Shown in pieces: positions 53,710 to 64,000 of a stretch of 64,000 bases of DNA. Under the pieces are notes generated by a model. It saw only the letters and a list, made by a program, of their open reading frames with translations. It was not told where the DNA came from and did no database searches. Made by a program: the position numbers and the translations under genes. The stretch comes from Eledone cirrhosa. Its lineage: Eukaryota. Position 1 is the stretch's first letter, and the number at the start of each line of letters is the position of its first letter. The stretch spans positions 5,704,001-5,768,000 of the forward strand of contig OZ024764.1 of the NCBI GenBank assembly GCA_964016885.1. The letters are read 5' to 3'.

Positions 53710-56700
53710 ACAGCGAGACATGGAGCCTGTCTACAAGGTGTCCCCAGTACACTACGACAGTGAGACATGTAGCCTGTCTACAAGGTGTCCCCAGTACACT
53801 ACGACAGTGAGACATGTAGCCTGTCTACAAGGTGTCCCCAGTACACTACGACAGTGAGACATGGAGCCTGTCTACAAGGTGTCCCCAGTACACTACGACA
53901 GTGAGACATGGAGCCTGTCTACAAGGTGTCCCCAGTACACTACGACAGTGAGACATGGAGCCTGTCTACAAGGTGTCCCCAGTACACTACAACAGTGAGA
54001 CATGGAGCCTGTCTACAAGGTGTCCCCAGTACACTACGACAGTGAGACATGGAGCCTGTCTACAAGGTGTCCCCAGTACACTACGACAGTGAGACATGGA
54101 GCCTGTCTACAAGGTGTCCCCAGTACACTACAACAGTGAGACATGGAGCCTGTCTACAAGGTGTCCCCAGTACACTACGACAGTGAGACATGGAGCCTGT
54201 CTACAAGGTGTCCCCAGTACACTACAACAGTGAGACATGGAGCCTGTCTACCATGTGTCCCCAGTACACTACGACAGTGAGACATGGAGCCTGTCTACAA
54301 GGTGTCCCCAGTACACTACGACAGCGAGACATGGAGCCTGTCTACAAGGTGTCCCCAGTACACTACGACAGTGAGACATGGAGCCTGTCTACAAGGTGTC
54401 CCCAGTACACTACGACAGTGAGACATGTAGCCTGTCTACAAGGTGTCCCCAGTACACTACGACAGTGAGACATGGAGCCTGTCTACAAGGTGTCCCCAGT
54501 ACACTACAACAGTGAGACATGTAGCCTGTCTACCATGTGTCCCCAGTACACTACGACAGTGAGACATGGAGCCTGTCTACAAGGTGTCCCCAGTACACTA
54601 CGACAGCGAGACATGGAGCCTGTCTACAAGGTGTCCCCAGTACACTACGACAGTGAGACATGGAGCCTGTCTACAAGGTGTCCCCAGTACACTACGACAG
54701 TGAGACATGTAGCCTGTCTACAAGGTGTCCCCAGTACACTACGACAGTGAGACATGGAGCCTGTCTACAAGGTGTCCCCAGTACACTACAACAGTGAGAC
54801 ATGGAGCCTGTCTACAAGGTGTCCCCAGTACACTACGACAGTGAGACATGGAGCCTGTCTACAAGGTGTCCCCAGTACACTACGACAGTGAGACATGTAG
54901 CCTGTCTACAAGGTGTCCCCAGTACACTACGACAGTGAGACATGGAGCCTGACTACAAGGTGTCCCCAGTACACTACGACAGTGAGACATGGAGCCTGTC
55001 TACAAGGTGTCCCCAGTACACTACGACAGTGAGACATGGAGCCTGTCTACAAGGTGTCCCCAGTACACTACAACAGTGAGACATGGAGCCTGTCTACCAT
55101 GTGTCCCCAGTACACTACGACAGTGAGACATGGAGCCTGTCTACAAGGTGTCCCCAGTACACTACGACAGCGAGACATGGAGCCTGTCTACAAGGTGTCC
55201 CCAGTACACTACGACAGTGAGACATGGAGCCTGTCTACAAGGTGTCCCCAGTACACTACGACAGTGAGACATGTAGCCTGTCTACAAGGTGTCCCCAGTA
55301 CACTACGACAGTGAGACATGGAGCCTGTCTACAAGGTGTCCCCAGTACACTACAACAGTGAGACATGTAGCCTGTCTACCATGTGTCCCCAGTACACTAC
55401 GACAGTGAGACATGGAGCCTGTCTACAAGGTGTCCCCAGTACACTACGACAGCGAGACATGGAGCCTGTCTACAAGGTGTCCCCAGTACACGACAGTGAG
55501 ACATGGAGCCTGTCTACAAGGTGTCCCCAGTACACTACGACAGTGAGACATGGAGCCTGTCTACAAGGTGTCCCCAGTACACTACAACAGTGAGACATGG
55601 AGCCTGTCTACAAGGTGTCCCCAGTACACTACGACAGCGAGACATGGAGCCTGTCTACAAGGTGTCCCCAGTATACTACGACAGTGAGACATGGAGCCTG
55701 ACTACAAGGTGTCCCCAGTACACTACGACAGTGAGACATGGAGCCTGACTACAAGGTGTCCCCAGTACACTACGACAGTGAGACATGTAGCCTGTCTACA
55801 AGGTGTCCTCAGTACACTACGACAGCGAGACATGGAGCCTGTCTACAAGGTGTCCCCAGTATACTACGACAGTGAGACATGTAGCCTGTCTACAAGGTGT
55901 CCCCAGTACACTACAACAGTGAGACATGTAGCCTGACTACAAGGTGTCCCCAGTACACTACGACAGTGAGACATGGAGCCTGACTACAAGGTGTCCCCAG
56001 TACACTACGACAGTGAGACATGGAGCCTGTCTACAAGGTGTCCCCAGTACACTACGACAGTGAGACATGTAGCCTGTCTACAAGGTGTCCCCAGTACACT
56101 ACGACAGTGAGACATAGAGCCTGTCTACAAGGTGTCCCCAGTACACTACGACAGTGAGACATGGAGCCTGACTACAAGGTGTCCCCAGTACACTACGACA
56201 GTGAGACATGTAGCCTGTCTACAAGGTGTCCCCAGTACACTACGACAGTGAGACATGGAGCCTGACTACAAGGTGTCCCCAGTACACTACGACAGTGAGA
56301 CATGGAGCCTGTCTACAAGGTGTCCCCAGTACACTACGACAGTGAGACATGGAGCCTGTCTACAAGGTGTCCCCAGTTCACTACGACAGTGAGACATGGA
56401 GCCTGTCTACCATGTGTCCCCAGTACACTACGACAGTGAGACATGGAGCCTGTCTACCATGTGTCCCCAGTACAATTACGACAGTGAGACATGGAGCCTG
56501 TCTACAAGGTGTCCCCAGTACACTACGACAGTGAGACATGGAGCCTGTCTACAAGGTGTCCCCAGTACACTACGACAGTGAGACATGGAGCCTGACTACA
56601 AGGTGTCCCCAGTACACTACGACAGTGAGACATGGAGCCTGTCTACAAGGTGTCCCCAGTACACTACGACAGTGAGACATGGAGCCTGACTACAAGGTGT

Positions 56701-59700
56701 CCCCAGTACACTACGACAGTGAGACATGGAGCCTGTCTACAAGGTGTCTCCAGTACTATACGACAGCGAGACATGGAGCCTGTCTACAAGGTGTCCCCAG
56801 TACACTACGACAGTGAGACATGGAGCCTGTCTACAAGGTGTCCCCAGTACAATTACGACAGTGAGACATGGAGCCTGTCTACAAGGTGTCCCCAGTACAC
56901 TACGACAGTGAGACATGGAGCCTGTCTACAAGGTGTCCCCAGTACACTACGACAGTGAGACATGTAGCCTGTCTACAAGGTGTCCCCAGTACACTACAAC
57001 AGTGAGACATGGAGCCTGTCTACAAGGTGTCCCCAGTACACTACGACAGTGAGACATGGAGCCTGTCTACAAGGTGTCCCCAGTACACTACGACAGTGAG
57101 ACATGGAGCCTGTCTACAAGGTGTCCCCAGTACACTACGACAGTGAGACATGTAGCCTGTCTACAAGGTGTCCCCAGTACACTACGACAGTGAGACATGT
57201 AGCCTGTCTACAAGGTGTCCCCAGTACACTACGACAGTGAGACATGGAGCCTGTCTACAAGGTGTCCCCAGTACACTACAACAGTGAGACATGGAGCCTG
57301 TCTACAAGGTGTCCCCAGTACACTACGACAGTGAGACATGGAGCCTGTCTACAAGGTGTCCCCAGTACACTACGACAGTGAGACATGGAGCCTGTCTACA
57401 AGGTGTCCCCAGTACACTACGACAGTGAGACATGGAGCCTGTCTACAAGGTGTCCCCAGTACACTACGACAGTGAGACATGGAGCCTGTCTACAAGGTGT
57501 CCCCAGTACACTACAACAGTGAGACATGGAGCCTGTCTACAAGGTGTCCCCAGTACACTACGACAGTGAGACATGGAGCCTGTCTACAAGGTGTCCCCAG
57601 TACACTACGACAGTGAGACATGGAGCCTGTCTACAAGGTGTCCCCAGTACACTACGACAGTGAGACATGTAACCTGTCTACAAGGTGTCCCCAGTACACT
57701 ACGACAGTGAGACATGTAGCCTGTCTACAAGGTGTCCCCAGTACACTACGACAGTGAGACATGGAGCCTGTCTACAAGGTGTCCCCAGTACACTACAACA
57801 GTGAGACATGGAGCCTGTCTACAAGGTGTCCCCAGTACACTACGACAGTGAGACATGGAGCCTGTCTACAAGGTGTCCCCAGTACACTACGACAGTGAGA
57901 CATGGAGCCTGTCTACAAGGTGTCCCCAGTACACTACGACAGTGAGACATGGAGCCTGTCTACAAGGTGTCCCCAGTACACTACAACAGTGAGACATGGA
58001 GCCTGTCTACAAGGTGTCCCCAGTACACTACGACAGTGAGACATGGAGCCTGTCTACAAGGTGTCCCCAGTACACTACGACAGTGAGACATGGAGCCTGT
58101 CTACAAGGTGTCCCCAGTACACTACGACAGTGAGACATGTAGCCTGTCTACAAGGTGTCCCAGTACACTACGACAGTGAGACATGTAGCCTGTCTACAAG
58201 GTTGTCCCCAGTACACTACGACAGTGAGACATGGAGCCTGTCTACAAGGTGTCCCCAGTACACTACAACAGTGAGACATGGAGCCTGTCTACAAGGTGTC
58301 CCCAGTACACTACGACAGTGAGACATGGAGCCTGTCTACAAGGTGTCCCCAGTACACTACGACAGTGAGACATGGAGCCTGTCTACAAGGTGTCCCCAGT
58401 ACACTACGACAGTGAGACATGGAGCCTGTCTACAAGGTGTCCCCCAGTACACTACGACAGTGAGACATGGAGCCTGTCTACAAGGTGTCCCCAGTACACT
58501 ACAACAGTGAGACATGGAGCCTGTCTACAAGGTGTCCCCAGTACACTACGACAGTGAGACATGGAGCCTGTCTACAAGGTGTCCCCAGTTCACTACGACA
58601 GTGAGACATGGAGCCTGTCTACAAGGTGTCCCCAGTACACTACAACAGTGAGACATGGAGCCTGTCTACAAGGTGTCCCCAGTACACTACAACAGTGAGA
58701 CATGTAGCCTGACTACAAGGTGTCCCCAGTACACTACGACAGTGAGACATGGAGCCTGTCTACAAGGTGTCCCCAGTACACTACGACAGTGAGACATGTA
58801 GCCTGTCTACAAGGTGTCCCCAGTACACTACGACAGTGAGACATGTAGCCTGTCTACAAGGTGTCCCCAGTACACTACGACAGTGAGACATGTAGCCTGT
58901 CTACAAGGTGTCCCCAGTACACTACGACAGTGAGACATGGAGCCTGTCTACAAGGTGTCCCCAGTACACTACGACAGTGAGACATGGAGCCTGTCTACAA
59001 GGTGTCCCCAGTACACTACGACAGGTGAGACATGGAGCCTGACTACAAGGTGTCCCCAGTACACTACGACAGTGAGACATGGAGCCTGACTACAAGGTGT
59101 CCCCAGTACACTACGACAGTGAGACATGGAGCCTGTCTACAAGGTGTCCCCAGTACACTACGACAGTGAGACATGTAGCCTGTCTACAAGGTGTCCCCAG
59201 TACACTACGACAGTGAGACATGGAGCCTGACTACAAGGTGTCCCCAGTACACTACAACAGTGAGACATGGAGTCTGTCTACAAGGTGTCCCCCAGTACAC
59301 TACAACAGTGAGACATGGAGCCTGACTACAAGGTGTCCCCAGTACACTACGACAGTGAGACATGGAGCCTGTCTACAAGGTGTCCCCAGTACACTACGAC
59401 AGTGAGACATGTAGCCTGTCTACAAGGTGTCCCCAGTACACTACGACAGTGAGACATGGAGCCTGTCTACAAGGTGTCCCCAGTACACTACGACAGTGAG
59501 ACATGGAGCCTGTCTACAAGGTGTCCCCAGTTCACTACGACAGTGAGACATGGAGCCTGTCTACCATGTGTCCCCAGTACACTACGACAGTGAGACATGG
59601 AGCCTGTCTACCATGTGTCCCCAGTACAATTACGACAGTGAGACATGGAGCCTGTCTACAAGGTGTCCCCAGTACACTACGACAGTGAGACATGGAGCCT

Positions 59701-62700
59701 GTCTACAAGGTGTCCCCAGTACACTACGACAGTGAGACATGGAGCCCTGACTACAAGGTGTCCCCAGTACACTACGACAGTGAGACATGGAGCCTGTCTA
59801 CAAGGTGTCCCCAGTACACTACGACAGTGAGACATGGAGCCTGACTACAAGGTGTCCCCAGTACACTACGACAGTGAGACATGGAGCCTGTCTACAAGGT
59901 GTCTCCAGTACTATACGACAGCGAGACATGGAGCCTGTCTACAAGGTGTCCCCAGTACACTACGACAGTGAGACATGGAGCCTGTCTACAAGGTGTCCCC
60001 AGTACACTACGACAGTGAGACATGGAGCCTGTCTACAAGGTGTCCCCAGTACACTACAACAGTGAGACATGGAGCCTGTCTACAAGGTGTCCCCAGTACA
60101 CTACGACAGTGAGACATGGAGCCTGTCTACAAGGTGTCCCCAGTACACTACGACAGTGAGACATGGCGCCTGTCTACAAGGTGTCCCCAGTACACTACGA
60201 CAGTGAGACATGTAGCCTGTCTACAAGGTGTCCCCAGTACACTACGACAGTGAGACATGGAGCCTGTCTACAAGGTGTCCCCAGTACACTACGACAGTGA
60301 GACATGGAGCCTGTCTACAAGGTGTCCCCAGTACACTACGACAGTGAGACATGTAGCCTGTCTACCATGTGTCCCCAGTACACTACGACAGTGAGACATG
60401 TAGCCTGTCTACCATGTGTCCCCAGTACACTACGACAGTGAGACATGGAGCCTGTCTACAAGGTGTCCCCAGTACACTACGACAGTGAGACATGGAGCCT
60501 GTCTACAAGGTGTCCCCAGTACACTACGACAGTGAGACATGTAGCCTGTCTACAAGGTGTCCCCAGTACACTACGACAGTGAGACATGGAGCCTGTCTAC
60601 AAGGTGTCCCCAGTACACTACGACAGTGAGACATGGAGCCTGTCTACAAGGTGTCCCCAGTACACTACGACAGTGAGACATGGAGCCTGACTACAAGGTG
60701 TCCCCAGTACACTACGACAGTGAGACATGGAGCCTGACTACAAGGTGTCCCCAGTACACTACGACAGTGAGACATGGAGCCTGTCTACAAGGTGTCCCCA
60801 GTACACTACGACAGTGAGACATGGAGCCTGTCTACAAGGTGTCCCCAGTACACTACGACAGTGAGACATGTAGCCTGTCTACAAGGTGTCCCCAGTACAC
60901 TACGACAGTGAGACATGGAGCCTGTCTACAAGGTGTCCCCAGTACACTACGACAGTGAGACATGTAGCCTGTCTACAAGGTGTCCCCAGTACACTACGAC
61001 AGTGAGACATGGAGCCTGTCTACAAGGTGTCCCCAGTACACTACGACAGTGAGACATGTAGCCTGTCTACAAGGTGTCCCCAGTACACTACGACAGTGAG
61101 ACATGTAGCCTGTCTACAAGGTGTCCCCAGTACACTACGACAGTGAGACATGTAGCCTGTCTACAAGGTGTCCCCAGTACACTACAACAGTGAGACATGG
61201 AGCCTGTCTACAAGGTGTCCCCAGTACACTACGACAGTGAGACATGGAGCCTGTCTACCATGTGTCCCCAGTACACTACGACAGTGAGACATGGAGCCTG
61301 ACTACAAGGTGTCCCCAGTACACTACAACAGTGAGACATGGAGCCTGTCTACAAGGTGTCCCCAGTACACTACGACAGTGAGACATGGAGCCTGTCTACA
61401 AGGTGTCCCCAGTACACTACGACAGTGAGACATGTAGCCTGTCTACAAGGTGTCCTCAGTACACTACGACAGTGAGACATGGAGCCTGTCTACAAGGTGT
61501 CCCCAGTACACTACGACAGTGAGACATGTAGCCTGTCTACAAGGTGTCCCCAGTACACTACGACAGTGAGACATGGAGCCTGTCTACAAGGTGTCCCCAG
61601 TACACTACAACAGTGAGACATGTAGCCTGTCTACAAGGTGTCCCCAGTACACTACGACAGTGAGACATGTAGCCTGTCTACAAGGTGTCCCCAGTACACT
61701 ACGACAGTGAGACATGGCGCCTGTCTACAAGGTGTCCTCAGTACACTACGACAGTGAGACATGGAGCCTGTCTACAAGGTGTCCCCAGTACACTACGACA
61801 GTGAGACATGGAGCCTGTCTACCATGTGTCCCCAGTACACTACGACAGTGAGACATGTAGCCTGTCTACAAGGTGTCCCCAGTACACTACGACAGTGAGA
61901 CATGGAGCCTGTCTACAAGGTGTCCCCAGTACACTACGACAGTGAGACATGGAGCCTGTCTACAAGGTGTCCCCAGTACACTACGACAGTGAGACATGGA
62001 GCCTGTCTACAAGGTGTCCCCAGTACACTACGACAGTGAGACATGTAGCCTGTCTACAAGGTGTCCCCAGTACACTACGACAGTGAGACATGGAGCCTGT
62101 CTACAAGGTGTCCCCAGTACACTACGACAGCGAGACATGGAGCCTGTCTACAAGGTGTCCCCAGTACACTACGACAGTGAGACATGGAGCCTGTCTACCA
62201 TGTGTCCCCAGTACACTACGACAGCGAGACATGGAGCCTGTCTACAAGGTGTCCCCAGTACACTACGACAGTGAGACATGGAGCCTGACTACCATGTGTC
62301 CCCAGTACACTACGACAGCGAGACATGGAGCCTGTCTACAAGGTGTCCCCAGTACACTACGACAGTGAGACATGGAGCCTGTCTACAAGGTGTCCCCAGT
62401 ACACTACGACAGTGAGACATGGAGCCTGTCTACAAGGTGTCCCCAGTACACTACGACAGTGAGACATGGAGCCTGACTACCATGTGTCCCCAGTACACTA
62501 CGACAGCGAGACATGGAGCCTGTCTACAAGGTGTCCCCAGTACACTACGACAGTGAGACATGGAGCCTGTCTACAAGGTGTCCCCAGTACACTACGACAG
62601 TGAGACATGGAGCCTGTCTACAAGGTGTCCCCAGTACACTACGACAGTGAGACATGGAGCCTGTCTACAAGGTGTCCCCAGTACACTACGACAGCGAGAC

Positions 62701-64000
62701 ATGGAGCCTGTCTACAAGGTGTCCCCAGTACACTACGACAGTGAGACATGGAGCCTGTCTACCATGTGTCCCCAGTACACTACGACAGCGAGACATGGAG
62801 CCTGTCTACAAGGTGTCCCCAGTACACTACGACAGTGAGACATGGAGCCTGTCTACAAGGTGTCCCCAGTACACTACGACAGTGAGACATGTAGCCTGTC
62901 TACAAGGTGTCCCAGTACACTACGACAGCGAGACATGGAGCCTGTCTACAAGGTGTCCCCAGTACACGACAGTGAGACATGGAGCCTGTCTACCATGTGT
63001 CCCCAGTACAATACGACAGTGAGACATGGAGCCTGTCTACAAGGTGTCCCCAGTACACTACGACAGTGAGACATGGAGCCTGTCTACAAGGTGTCCCCAG
63101 TACACTACGACAGTGAGACATGGAGCCTGTCTACAAGGTGTCCCCAGTACACTACGACAGTGAGACATGGAGCCTGTCTACAAGGTGTCCCCAGTACACT
63201 ACGACAGTGAGACATGGAGCCTGTCTACCATGTGTCCCCAGTACACTACGACAGTGAGACATGGAGCCTGTCTACCATGTGTCCCCAGTACACTACGACA
63301 GTGAGACATGGAGCCTGTCTACCATGTGTCTCCAGTACACTACGACAGTGAGACATGGAGCCTGTCTACAAGGTGTCCCCAGTACACTACAACAGTGAGA
63401 CATGTAGCCTGTCTACAAGGTGTCCCCAGTACACTACGACAGTGAGACATGGAGCCTGTCTACAAGGTGTCCCCAGTACACTACGACAGTGAGACATGGA
63501 GCCTGTCTACAAGGTGTCCCCAGTACACTACGACAGTGAGACATGGCGCCTGTCTACAAGGTGTCCTCAGTACACTACGACAGTGAGACATGGAGCCTGA
63601 CTACAAGGTGTCCCCAGTACACTACGACAGTGAGACATGGAGCCTGTCTACCATGTGTCCCCAGTACACTACGACAGTGAGACATGGCGCCTGTCTACAA
63701 GGTGTCCCCAGTACACTACGACAGTGAGACATGTAGCCTGTCTACCATGTGTCCCCAGTACACTACGACAGTGAGACATGGCGCCTGTCTACAAGGTGTC
63801 CCCAGTACACTACGACAGTGAGACATGGAGCCTGTCTACAAGGTGTCCCCAGTACACTACGACAGTGAGACATGGAGCCTGTCTACAAGGTGTCCCCAGT
63901 ACACTACGACAGTGAGACATGGAGCCTGTCTACAAGGTGTCCCCAGTACACTATGACAGTGAGACATGGAGCCTGTCTACCATGTGTCCCCAGTACACTA
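53710..64000. repeat. >10-kb 47-bp satellite (~220 units, continues beyond window)
   Basis: Unit gagacatggagcctgtctacaaggtgtccccagtacactacgacagt; reads VYKVSPVHYDSETWSL. Confidence 0.97.

Noticed and set aside
54190-63069. Repetitive MEPVYKVSPVHYDSETW ORFs
   Set aside because: The 47-bp period is not a multiple of three and stops recur; satellite DNA.

Overview
Repeat-saturated, AT-rich eukaryotic DNA. The SINE/RTE/(TA)n landscape resembles an octopus-type cephalopod genome (inference). Two protein-coding genes lie on the minus strand. (1) An ATAD1/Msp1-family AAA+ ATPase whose whole CDS sits in one exon (6767-8044), probably a retrogene. (2) A spliced NF-YB (CBF-A/HAP3) gene missed by the ORF track, rebuilt by hand from seven exons between 52662 and 30548; one intron (38716-40102) carries U12 minor-spliceosome signals and any further 5' exons would lie beyond 64000. 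The rest is RTE, CR1 and R4/Dong LINE fragments, SINEs, mariner- and piggyBac-type MITEs, and large minisatellites, most traceable to short pieces of retroelements. The most unexpected signal is a set of at least eight minimal type I hammerhead ribozymes in four sequence families, mostly as inverted pairs in long fold-back elements inserted into (TA)n tracts; two lie in NF-YB pre-mRNA sense orientation. All calls come from manual reading; no searches were run.
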